From the NCBI RefSeq assembly GCF_001194135.2, contig NC_068983.1:17367415-17431414 (forward strand): 64,000 bases of DNA. The letters run 5' to 3'. Positions within the stretch are counted from its first letter, which is position 1. Every line of letters starts with the position of its first letter. Below are positions 22,594 through 34,409 of this stretch, piece after piece. The notes under the pieces were generated by a model. It was not told the DNA's origin, did no database searches, and was given only the letters and a program-made list of their open reading frames with translations. Origin of the DNA: Octopus bimaculoides (lineage: Eukaryota). The translations under genes and the position numbers were made by a program.

Positions 22594-25500
22594 CACTGGA
22601 TCTAATAAAAAAAACAAAATGTAACCCTTTCGTAATTATCTTTACCAAATATAAATCAAGTAACATTTCTTCTTTTTATTTCATCTCAATAATGCTCTTA
22701 TTGCCCAAACCATTAGTTTTTTTGTTTTTTTTGTTGTTGCTATATCTCCGTCTTCCACAGACAAATAACCTTTCTCGAACATATTCCCATTTCGTCTATC
22801 ATCTTAGCCTGATTCATGCCCGTCGCCAAGGATGTGGACTTGACGGCACTGTTCTCGCACTATTAAATGGTGCACCCTGAGATTTTCAGTGAGACACTTA
22901 TTTCGAAACCAGTGGCGGCTCGTATATAAAATTAGTTATGGGTGCTGCTTCAGAAAATTCTTAGCCGTTGTTTTAATATTGTGTAAAAGGAAACAAACAT
23001 ATAAAAAGAAAAATTATACATAAACTTGATCGGTTCGCGTTTTAGCCACTGCCGGGTAGTATGTTTAATTTGTTCACTGAACACCGCCGCGAATTCCTCC
23101 TTGTTTTTTTAAAAAAATACCCCCTTAATCACAAAATAAATGGGGGAAAATCTGCCCTATTTTTCAAATCCTGGCAGCAATACTGTAGCTGGAAGCAGGA
23201 TATCAATCTAATCATACACTTTATCACATTCAAGAATATAAACACGTTTTTAAGTACAATACACGCGGAATCAAAAAGAAACACTACCTTTCACCAGCAC
23301 ACCAGGGTCAGCACTGCGTGAACCAAAGTGCTCTCTATTCCTAGTGTGCAACTTCCTATCTCGGACATGTGAGTACGCACACAACAGCCAAACACCGCGT
23401 CGCTGAACTGTGACGCGCACAGTTCTATACAAGGATTCTGTATTTTTTTCATATACTAGATGGCTACTAACATTAAGCTTGAGGGTTATATAATGTGCAA
23501 ATATAAAGAAAGAATTAAAGAAAAAGGGACTCATTATATTGAATGTTATCGATATTATCAAGTGGAAATAGTGGGTGTTGCAGTTCTGCAGTGCCTATAC
23601 ACGAGTCACCACTGTTCGAAGCTCTAGCATTATTACAAATTATTACCCACCCAGAATATTTTGAAGCACTCCTTGGTACCAAAGTCTGGCGACAGGCCTG
23701 GTCTGGTACCTTCGGTTTCTCAACCAACTACCCAGGTTTTGATATTCTTTGCTTACCAAACACCTTCAGCTAGACAGGCCCAAAGCAATATTCTCCTTAC
23801 ATACGATCAGGGTTCATAAGAAGTGGGGTGGGGTGTTCAACTTGTACATTGGTCAGAAGTTCGGAGAACCAAGAAAGGACCAATAAATATCTGATCAACC
23901 ATAAATATCCGATTATCTGCTGATGTTATTAGTTGTTGTGTGAATGCATCATAAGTGAATGATTAAGAAGTTCGTTTTGCAGTCACGAGATCCGAGTTCG
24001 ATCCTACTGCGTGGAACCTTGGGCAAGTATCTTTCACCATTGCTTCAATTCAAATGAAGCCTTGTGAGTAAAACTGAGTTGACGGAAACTGCATGGAAGC
24101 CAACCGGATGGATTGTACCTGTAATTCAAAAGTATAGCTTCCTCACACACTGTGTCATGTAGCTGATTCTGATTGGGAATTACACAAAGAGTACACACGT
24201 TTGTGTGAGTGCGCATGACTTAGTGGTTAGGGTGTTGCACTCACGATCACGAGATCGTGGTTTCAATTTCTGAATGGCGTGTTATATTCTTGTGCAAAAC
24301 GCTTCATCTCACATTACACCGTGCACCTGTTCGGGCGACGTCGCTTTGATACAGGGAGTGAGATAATATTCAACACATCCATTTGATCACTATAAACAAA
24401 TATTTTGTGCTGGTCGTTCAGCAAGAAATTGCTGAACCGTTTTTCTCGGACTACTAGAGACTACCATCATACACACGTATCTGGAATATTCAAACACAAA
24501 CTGACTAATTCAGTTGATCGAACAACTGAATCCTCGGTGTCGAAATTGCCGGAGAACCTTTTTTCTCCTGAATATACAGTAGTAGTTTGGTATTTTAAAT
24601 ATTGGTTTCAAATTTTGGCACAGGGCCAGCAGTATTCTTTCTTTTTTTCCTTTTGATTGGAGGAAGAAATTAATTACATCGAGTTCAGTACTTAACTGAT
24701 ACTTTTTTTGATTGTCCCCAAAAGGAGGAAAGGCAAAGTCGACCTCTGCGGAATTTGAACTCAGAACGTAATGAGTCAGAAGTGCCGCTAAGCTCTTTTT
24801 CCGGCGTGCTAATGGTTCTGGCAGATCTTCGTCTTCCGTATCTCAAATATCACTTCATGAAATTATTTAATGGTGCCCTGGAAATGAGAAGTGACATGGT
24901 TAGAAATATTTGTTTCTGCCGCTCATTATCGTAAATAGAAATTTTGGCACAAGGCCAGTAATTTCGGAGAAGGAGGTAAGTCGATTACATCGACTCCAGT
25001 ACTCAATTGGTACTTATTTTATCGACCTCGAAAGGATGAAAGGTAAAGTCGACCTCGGTGGAATTTGAACTCAGAACATAAAGACGGGCGAATTGCCGCT
25101 AAGTATTTTGCTCGGCATGCCAGCTTGCTGCTTTTAGTATCTTAAATATAATTAGATGAAATGATTTAATGGTGTCTTGGAAATGAGAAGTGACGTGCCT
25201 AGAAAAATTTGTCTTTAACGCTCATTATGCTAAAACGGAAAATTTATTTTGCTGCCAGAGATAGACTACACAGAGTTAATAGAGTTCCGCTGAACGGGTT
25301 TTGGCAAGAAGAAGAAATCGTTGATGTTTTGATACAGAGGAAGAGATACGCTGGTAAAGCAGTTCTGAAATAAATTTGTGAGTATAAAGAATGTAACGTC
25401 TGAATAGGGACTGTGTTTTGAAGAGAGGAAGATATCAAAGATGTTCAGAAAATTGTTTGTCTGTGAGAGACAAACAACTTATCCAAAAAGCTTAGATGAG

Positions 25501-26086
25501 TGATTACAATTTGTAAGATTTTCAGAACAGCAAGCGTATCAGATGCCCCAATATCTGAGTTGACCTGTGTTAACCTAAGATCTGGTACAGAGGGTTGAGG
25601 TGATCAAGGACGATGATTTCCGAGAGAAAAGAGTTGAAATGGATGTCCTTAATACAGGATGTGAAATAATTTAACAATGACGAAAATTGTGTTGTTTGTG
25701 TTATGGAAGAAGCATATATATAAAAAAAAAAACAGGTATTACTGATGAATTATTGGAAGGATTAATCACTTTAGAATTTCTTGGACAATATCACGATATA
25801 ATTTATCACTTCCTGCCAAATTTGATGCTATCTAGAATTTTTGAATTTCCACATCTCTATGTCAACTCCAGATATTTATGAATATAACCAACTTTTAGCA
25901 GCATTTTTTTCTTAGTTGATGTTGAGATATGTCACTGCATTGAATTTAGTAACCCTTTGCCTGTCCCATGCATCACACGTGATACACAAGGACTATTTCT
26001 TTGGCGTTCATGCATCATAGATAATACACATTCCCAATTTTTTTTCATGTTCTAGTGTAATTTGAGACTTATGAAAGTCAAAGCTT

Positions 26087-26427
26087 TATAGGAAATGTGG
26101 TTATACACCATTAGGTGTACACCCGCTTTCCTATATTAAATTCTAAATAAACAACGTAACGCAGAACTCCGAACTATCAACACAACAATATTTATTTATG
26201 GAGGAAATAGGCAGCTTTAATCTTGGTTGCTGAGACGCCTTCTGTGAGAGAGCATGGTTGCTGAGACGTTGGAATGTTGATGTGAGCTCTCCCCAGAGTT
26301 GGAATGATGGAGAGACAGCTTGACCCGTCCATGCTCATGGCCGCCCGGCCGGGAAAAGAGAAAGAATCAGGGCGCCAAACTTGGATATTGATGACTACGC
26401 ATGCGCACGAGACAAGGCGTTACTACA
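26087..26427 (-). mobile_element. Solo-LTR-like unit, family L1, copy 3
   Basis: Termini TATAGG..CTACA; TSD GCTT at 26083-26086 and 26428-26431. Confidence 0.8.
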
Positions 26428-26966
26428 GCTTTATATTACACAGGGCTACCTAAAAATCTGAAAACGGACGTTTCGGATAGATTTTAGAAAATATTTCGGA
26501 CAGGCAAAAGATTAAGAATGTACAGTATTAGACTGAGAAACAAAGAGAATACGTGTACAGTTTGTCAAACTTCACCCATTTGATTCACCACTGCATATTA
26601 TTGTATACATTTTTGGCAGTGGCACGACATACCTGCAACAATAGGTTTGTGTGTCGCACCTAATTCTTCTTTGACTGATTTTAGTTGGGGTGCTACACAT
26701 AACAACTAACCTAGCACTGCATAATCTGTTGACATAACCAAGATGCTGAGAAGTGGGATAGAACTGGAAACCACGGGATCGCCATGCCAAAATATTATCG
26801 CACGGCTATACCTGCGCCCATTTGTAAAGGTAACTCTTGTCAGGTGTTTTTGAACTTTCCAATTGAATCTTGGTTCCTACAACTTTGCTTAATCTTCTAC
26901 AGTGTTTCTCAACCCACGCAACTCTCTAACCAGACAAAACCTTTGCTAACCCGATACTACATAACA

Positions 26967-27419
26967 TAGTGAAAGAAACGGTATGGAAGACGCGCTCGGA
27001 AGGAATTGCGACAGGACAATTCATCTCCAGACGAGGGCTGGTGAACTACTTCACCGCCCATCTAGTTTCCAAGATCCGTCTGGAGAGGAGGAGCTTGTCG
27101 CAAAGAGTATTTGCCAAAAGATGGAAGGATGTCGCAAGAAAGTTGTGTATGCAAGGGGCCATGCCAACACGGTCGGACCGGGCATAGAAGGAAAAGAAAA
27201 AGGAAAAAAAAATCAACCGGCGGGTTAGTGGGACACTCCCCAACCCAAAAGTAATCCAATTTTTAAAACAATAACATCATCACATTATAATATATTATTC
27301 TCATGTCAAAATCATTCGTTAAATCATCTGTAAAAAGGCTCAACGATCTATATGTTCCCCCTTGTCTGTCCTAGTTCGTCCCCTCTATGTATCCTATTTA
27401 TTAGGAAATAAAAGAAAAT
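26967..27419 (+). mobile_element. 5'-truncated Tx1/L1-type LINE (ORF2 C-terminus plus 3' UTR)
   Basis: 20-bp TSD taacccgatactacataaca at 26947-26966 and 27420-27439; KETVWKTR..LVNYF..KIRLERRSLSQRVFAKRW resembles a Tx1 ORF2 end; A-rich tail. Confidence 0.7.
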
Positions 27420-27621
27420 TAACCCGATACTACATAACAACTAACCTGACGAGGCATAATAACTTAACTTAACACCATATAACAAATCATTTTGCGTTCA
27501 TAACAACTCACCTCGTGCTCCGTAACAACAAATCAGACTTTACATAACAACAAACATGACTATATATAAGTAAAGTCGAAGTATAACGACCTTCTTTTGC
27601 CGTTGTATTGTTCAATAAGCT

Positions 27622-27763
27622 TTTAGGAGAGCTTGGTCGCTGTCAGGCTTGGTAAAGAGACAGTCTAATAGCGGGAACGCTTCGATGTTGAAACCCACGC
27701 ATGCGTGGTTAAGGATTCAGTAATGGCGCCTCAGCCTTTTGGCGCCAATATGACGTCACTACA
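27622..27763 (-). mobile_element. Internally deleted L1-family unit, copy 4
   Basis: Termini TTTAGGAGAG..CACTACA; TSD AGCT at 27618-27621 and 27764-27767; contains acgcatgcg. Confidence 0.55.
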
Positions 27764-27923
27764 AGCTAAAACCAAGACTTTACAATGTCACCAAAGCTTT
27801 CACTGCTGCTAATGTTGAGGCTTTCTTTCAACAGTGAGTGAACAGTATTGCTTTTCTCCCATAACATAGTTATTAGTTATAACAACTGGAGACATCATCT
27901 CTTTAGTATAGGTCTTAATCATT

Positions 27924-28251
27924 TTTAGTAGAAAGTGGGTTATACATCTTTAGATTGTATACCTGACTTTCTACTATAAAATTAAAGAAATAGACGGAAC
28001 GCTGAACTCCAGACTAAACAACTCAAACAACATTTATTTAGGAGATAAACATACAAATCTTTTAGTTATACATCTTTAGAGGTGAGAATAACGAGCTGTC
28101 GAGTATAAGACCGAAAGATGTAGGGACAGCTTTTAAACACACGTCCATGCTCAATCGCTGGCCAGCGAGAAAGAGAATGAATTGAGCGGGAAACGTTTGC
28201 TTGTTTAATTCTACGCATGCGTAAGACAACGCATGCGCAGGCGTTACTACA
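27924..28251 (-). mobile_element. Solo-LTR-like unit, family L1, copy 5
   Basis: Termini TTTAG..CTACA; TSD CATT at 27920-27923 and 28252-28255; clear similarity to copy 1. Confidence 0.78.
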
Positions 28252-30483
28252 CATTTATTCGTCGTTTATAGTACACAATGTTAAGTAAGCTATGTACGAA
28301 GGCAAGAATAACCATACTAGTTTTTGCATAAGTTTATATATTTGTTTTTAATATCCGGATCATCTACATTATATATGTACGACAATTATTTGAATACATC
28401 ATACAAGTGATAGTGAAAGTGGTAGTTACAAATCTTCATGTATTAGCTTTTTCTTTTATGAATTTATATGAAAATTGTTGATGGCTACTAAAGACAGAGA
28501 AAAAAAGAAAAGGCGAGAACATCTTATCATAAAACTAACTGACATAGTTTTGTGTAGCATCTTAGATTGTTCTGCACGGAAACGTAGATGGTGAAAGACA
28601 GCTCACGAAAAAAAAAATGACATGGCTGCGTGTGGAGCACTGGATGATTATATTTAAGGTTGAATTCGCCTGCTTTTTATATCCATAAACAAAAGTTTGT
28701 AGAACTGTCGATCAAACTGTAGGCGTGGAAACTTGCACGCACTCTTTGGAGTTTCGTTGTGTCACCAACACGTTGATCAATGCTGATTGGTCGATTCATG
28801 TTCATGTAGAACCTTATGCTTGATTTAGAAATCTATTTATGCTGAGATTCTAATTAGAAATCTATGCGAGACAGTTTCAAATCTCGGCAGAAGCCTTGCT
28901 ACACATCTTGAAGAGAGAACTCTGTTTATCACACAAAGAAATGTAGATTTTTTCCCCATTTCCACAAAACACAATTTATGTGATATTTTGCAATTCAGAC
29001 GAATATTCTCGATGAGAAATTTGATATTTTATTTTTCTTCGCTTAACATTCATATGTCATGGAAAAAAAAAAGTAAAAAAGAACGAAAAAGCTGCAGTAA
29101 AATTTATAGCAGTATGACCTTAGTACTTCTGACGTTATCAAATATGCGTGAAGACCTGTAACATCTATTAATGAATAAGACGTTAGTTTTATGCGGAATA
29201 GATATTGACTAAAACTTTATGAGAAAACATTACCATTTTATTTCTTTATCATAAAAAATTAAGATGAAGAAATAATTGCAAAGTCAGTACAATAGAAAAA
29301 TAATACATAAAAGCTAAACATAAATATTGCAGTTGAACCAAGAGAATCTGTGATTATAAATATAAGTTCGTATTTAAAAGACAGATGTCTGGTTCCAGTA
29401 AAGGTATATCAGCACCATCCATTTTTACTATTTTATAATAATTCCGTTTGTCATTCCGTTACTTAGCCCGTCCGTAACGCTTCTACGTGATTAGTTGAAG
29501 GGGGAGAGGGCGGAAGGAATGGGAGATATGGGATGGAGTGGGAATGGGGGTAAGGGGTGCTGTGTGTGTGTGTGTGTGNNNNNNNNNNNNNNNNNNNNNN
29601 NNNNNNNNNNNNNNNNNNNNNNNNNNNNNNNNNNNNNNNNNNNNNNNNNNNNNNNNNNNNNNNNNNNNNNNNNNNNNNNNNNNNNNNNNNNNNNNNNNNN
29701 NNNNNNNNNNNNNNNNNNNNNNNNNNNNNNNNNNNNNNNNNNNNNNNNNNNNNNNNNNNNNNNNNNNNNNNNNNNNNNNNNNNNNNNNNNNNNNNNNNNN
29801 NNNNNNNNNNNNNNNNNNNNNNNNNNNNNNNNNNNNNNNNNNNNNNNNNNNNNNNNNNNNNNNNNNNNNNNNNNNNNNNNNNNNNNNNNNNNNNNNNNNN
29901 NNNNNNNNNNNNNNNNNNNNNNNNNNNNNNNNNNNNNNNNNNNNNNNNNNNNNNNNNNNNNNNNNNNNNNNNNNNNNNNNNNNNNNNNNNNNNNNNNNNN
30001 NNNNNNNNNNNNNNNNNNNNNNNNNNNNNNNNNNNNNNNNNNNNNNNNNNNNNNNNNNNNNNNNNNNNNNNNNNNNNNNNNNNNNNNNNNNNNNNNNNNN
30101 NNNNNNNNNNNNNNNNNNNNNNNNNNNNNNNNNNNNNNNNNNNNNNNNNNNNNNNNNNNNNNNNNNNNNNNNNNNNNNNNNNNNNNNNNNNNNNNNNNNN
30201 NNNNNNNNNNNNNNNNNNNNNNNNNNNNNNNNNNNNNNNNNNNNNNNNNNNNNNNNNNNNNNNNNNNNNNNNNNNNNNNNNNNNNNNNNNNNNNNNNNNN
30301 NNNNNNNNNNNNNNNNNNNNNNNNNNNNNNNNNNNNNNNNNNNNNNNNNNNNNNNNNNNNNNNNNNNNNNNNNNNNNNNNNNNNNNNNNNNNNNNNNNNN
30401 NNNNNNNNNNNNNNNNNNNNNNNNNNNNNNNNNNNNNNNNNNNNNNNNNNNNNNNNNNNNNNNNNNNNNNNNNNNNNNNNNNN

Positions 30484-30752
30484 NAAATTATCGAAATAAG
30501 ACAATTTTTTACATGAAATAAATTGGAATACAAAAATATTTTTCTGTTCTATAACACAAAATAGATAAGTATACGAAGTTTGAAAGTCTTTCGGTACCAA
30601 AAACACTACGTAAAACATTAATGAAAACTGTGGCCCCCGTTTTAAAATAGATCCCAAAATAGATAAGTATACGAAGTTTGAAAGTCTTTCGGTACCAAAA
30701 ACACTACGTAAAACATTAATGAAAAATGTGGCCCCCGTTTTAAAAAAGATCC
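30484..30752. mobile_element. Right half of a GGATC-TIR MITE with a 98-bp terminal tandem duplication
   Basis: Near identical to 49665-49837; unit 30557-30654 is repeated at 30655-30752; left half is in the gap. Confidence 0.85.
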
Positions 30753-31236
30753 CCAATTTCCTTCACTTTTCAATGATGAGCAGATGAGCGACTATCCTTT
30801 TTTTTTATTCAGACATAACACAGGATACGCTTCCAGGTTTTTTGGATGAAGTTTTCAGAAGTAACCTAATAAGTTTACCACTAATTCCGTAAAATATTCA
30901 CGGGGTCTCGCTAGTTTTTACTAAGCTAGCATGGCTGGGTCTGTTATATTACAGCATATCGCCGTCTCGTATCATCTCGTCCACGAAGCCATCATATTGA
31001 CTTCTGACCTCATTACTCATTCCCTTGTCTTCCGTATCCTTCCGCTGTCAGAGACACTTCTCCAGTGCTACTTTCAACCTTTCACATTGTACAACACTTC
31101 TCAAACTGACAAATGCCAGCCCCACACCAAAATATTCTTTTCAACTGGTACTTAAGTTATCGACCCCTAAAGGATGAAAGGTAAAGTCGACCTCGGCGGA
31201 ATTTGAACTTTGAACGTAAAGACAGACGCAATACCG

Positions 31237-32872
31237 ATTTCTTTATTATCCATAAAGGGCTATAACAAAGAATTTTTTAAGACCTCACAAAACATAAAGA
31301 CAGTACAAAACGCAAACATAAAATCGGGGTAATTAAAATAAAATGATAATATGCAAGAATGAAAAAAATGAGGTGCAATGTCCACTCGATCCTCGAAGTC
31401 GGGTGGTTACATTTATCCAGTTTTTTAAAACTTTTACGTTCAACGTCATGTAAACATTTTAACGGTTTTGTAACTCAAAAAATTCCAGCACTCGCGTAAC
31501 CTTTCTTCCATTAATCATTGTTACTTCCGTCCTTAACAACTGCAAATAATCAGTTCTAGAGGGTGGTGTCTCCACCAACCATACCCGTTTCGTTATTAAA
31601 TTTTCACCAAGTTCTTTTATGTACTTCCAGTAGTTTCTCTCTTTTATCAAAATGCATTTCTCAGCACATTTCCCTGGCATTTTCACTGTTATTATTTCCT
31701 CCAACCTCTCGACTTTTTTTTTCCATCTGCTCGCAATGCTCGTACTTTATCAAAACCCCCTTGTATTTGACATCTTTCTCTGTTCTCTCCCACTCTTCTT
31801 GTACATTATTAGTTTCTGGCTTTTCTATCACTTTTATGTTTTCTGTTGACCGTTCCTTTGACTTATTTTTCTTTCGTTTTTTAGGGTTAGTAGCTCTATT
31901 TTCGTTCTCCTCCTTTGTTTTCTCTGTTTCACACTTCTGTCTCTCTTTTATTCCTTCCGTGTGGTCTACAATGTTTTCTTCCTCTGCTTGTGCTTTCTCT
32001 TGCTGTGTGAACTCATATAGGGGGCATTTGGTCTTCATATGACCTCTTTCCCCTCATATGTAGCAATTTGGTTTCCTTCCCTCGACTACAACATTTAACG
32101 TTCTCTCATCCTCTACTTCTATCTTGTAGGGAATTCTTTGTATGTCCTCGAATGTGGCAAAAAGCCACATTTCGAGTACAAATCCCCACCATTTGCACAC
32201 TTTTGTTTTCGCCACTGGTCCTAATTTCGGCTCCTCCTTGGTTGCAGCCAGCACTGTTGCAACCAACCACTCTGGTTTAATTTCTGGTGTAACTCTGGGA
32301 ATTCGTATTTTTACACTTCTTCTTCCTCTGTAGCTTAGTAGTAATGCTATTTTCTCACTTCTTAATATGTTGGTTGCATGCTTGGTTTCCTCTTCTATAG
32401 TGGCGAACCTCACCTCTATCGTACCGAACTTTCTTCCTCTGTTGATGTACGTGGCTTCATTGACAATTTCACCCAGGCATTCCTCGATTTCCTCTTCCGT
32501 CACCATTCCAATTTTACCGGTTTCGACAGCCTGTGTACGATACACTACTGTCCTCAGAATCTTATTTTCTTTAGTCTCTTTTGGTGGACACAATTTGTAC
32601 GAGTCTCCCTCAACTTCTATCAAATTCCTGCTTCTGGTCACCTTCTCCATATCCAACTTGATTAACTTGGTTTCCAGCGGGACTGGCTTCCTCACCGCAG
32701 TGGCCTTAGCGTAGCTCTCCATACTGGAGACACTACCACTTGCCATAGCTGGGAAAAATGCAGCAGCTCACGTGAAATGCAACCGTAATAATTCCACAAA
32801 AATCACAATTATTCACCGAGACAGTTTTCACAAAGTAACACAACAGTATTCACAATAATTCACAGAGCCGTT
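31237..32872 (-). mobile_element. ORF1-only non-LTR retroelement (HAL1-like)
   Basis: 6-bp TSD ATACCG at 31231-31236 and 32873-32878; about 125-nt leader, ORF1, about 220-nt 3' UTR ending aataaagaaat; no ORF2. Confidence 0.7.
31459..32746 (-). pseudogene. Gag-like ORF1 (L1/Tx1-type) with CCHC zinc knuckle, disrupted
   Basis: ORFs 32054-32746 and 31661-32038 are in frame across one TGA that replaces the second Cys: C-Y-I-*-G-E-R-G-H-M-K-T-K-C. A Lys/Glu-rich linker follows, then a frameshifted C-terminus. Confidence 0.75.
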
Positions 32873-33508
32873 ATACCGCGAAGCAGTTCGACCGGCGTGC
32901 TAACGTTTCTGCCAGCTCGCTGCCCTCCCCACACCAAAATATTAGCGACACTTACGTTCCCAACCCTCATCTTCAGTAATGAGGTGACAAAATAGAATTA
33001 GTATTCATATATTTTTTCCATCAACATAGTATTAGACAAGTTTTTAATATTTTGAATTTAAACAGATATAAAACACACTGAAATGAAACCTGCAACAATG
33101 TTTGTTAAGTTCAATAACAACTTCATCGTTTCTTGGACGAATATTTGGACAAATATGTAAGTTACATATTACCTCCTGTCAGTTGACACCTTCTGTATTT
33201 GGTTGTTACACTTGCTAAAGCAAACAAAACAAAAAAAAGGTTTTTTTACATAAATATGTTGAACCAAATGGAAACAGCGTTCGTTTCGTTTTGTTTGAGC
33301 AATTTGGATACCGTGAGCAATTTTTAATTCATTCCGGAAACTTCGAAAATTAAAAAAACTGCAATATTTTCAAAATAGAATCAACTTTCTATCAATAATT
33401 TCTTCTCTTGACTCTTGGGGAAACTTCTTCAGTATCATGCAAAAACGGAATCGTTCTCCAATTGTATTTTTTTAAATTTGGAATCTCGGTGAAGTGTATT
33501 TAATGAGC

Positions 33509-34134
33509 TGTCATGTTAAGTTATGTTTAATTCAATGATTAAAAATTACAGACCTTTGATTCCTTAGAATTATAGCTAGGAAAAGCATCTTAATATTATT
33601 AAACATGACAATTTGTCCGTTCTTCTATCAATCTTCACAGCACTCCGCGAGAAACACTATTCAAGCACTTTTAGTTACGCATCCATTTGATGCTCCTGTA
33701 GCTGACTCGAAACCGAATCGACAAATTGCCACGTAAAAACCATGGCTTAGGAACAGCCATTTCATGTGGTCGGCCGATTAACTGATCAATCAGCATCAAG
33801 CTATCATGTGATGCATCCTTCTAGAACGTCTCCTGTCGAGGCTTATAAATAGACAAGGTTTAGCGCCAACTTTTCGCAGAGTGTCTAAAACAACTGAACG
33901 AAGTGCACCGCCACTAGTGCTAGGCATATTTGAGTAGAGACCGGCCAATTCAGTTCACATGTCTCATCTCTTGCCACAGACTGTGGAGAATCGCCGCCAC
34001 GTCAACCTCGTTCTCGCTTTACTGAATTTAACAGTCGTTCTAATGACGTTTAATAAACCGAGTAGACAACAGCAACAATTTTGCTGCCACGAATCCAGCG
34101 TGATATTTACTCCTGTTGTGACAGCGTATTAACA
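33509..34134 (+). mobile_element. Solo LTR
   Basis: TGT..ACA; TSD GAGC at 33505-33508 and 34135-34138; TATAAATAG near 33846, AATAAA near 34053. Confidence 0.6.
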
Positions 34135-34409
34135 GAGCCTATTTAACCAACTATTTTGTTATAGCTACAGAATTGTCCTTTCAGTATCATACAACGTCTT
34201 AAATTCCTTGCATTTACTTCATTCAGTACTGTTTTGGTGCACTGTCAATTGCTATGTACACCCACATAGGTGAACACACAAGTGCAAAACAAGAAGACCA
34301 AAGGTAGAGTAAGATGCTTTTGTTAAAGCTGCAAAATTATCACAAAACTGTTACTCAGAGTTTCACGTTCCCGTTCGTCGGACAGTTTTCATCACAACTG
34401 TCCGACGAC

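Larger units (their letters stand above)
31137..32926 (-). mobile_element. Family A SINE split by a 1.64-kb insertion
   Basis: SINE halves at 31137-31236 and 32873-32926; 17-bp TSD ccccacaccaaaatatt at 31120-31136 and 32927-32943. Confidence 0.85.

Noticed and set aside
25240-25660. Possible LINE RT C-terminal remnant
   Set aside because: No diagnostic motif could be read confidently in any frame.
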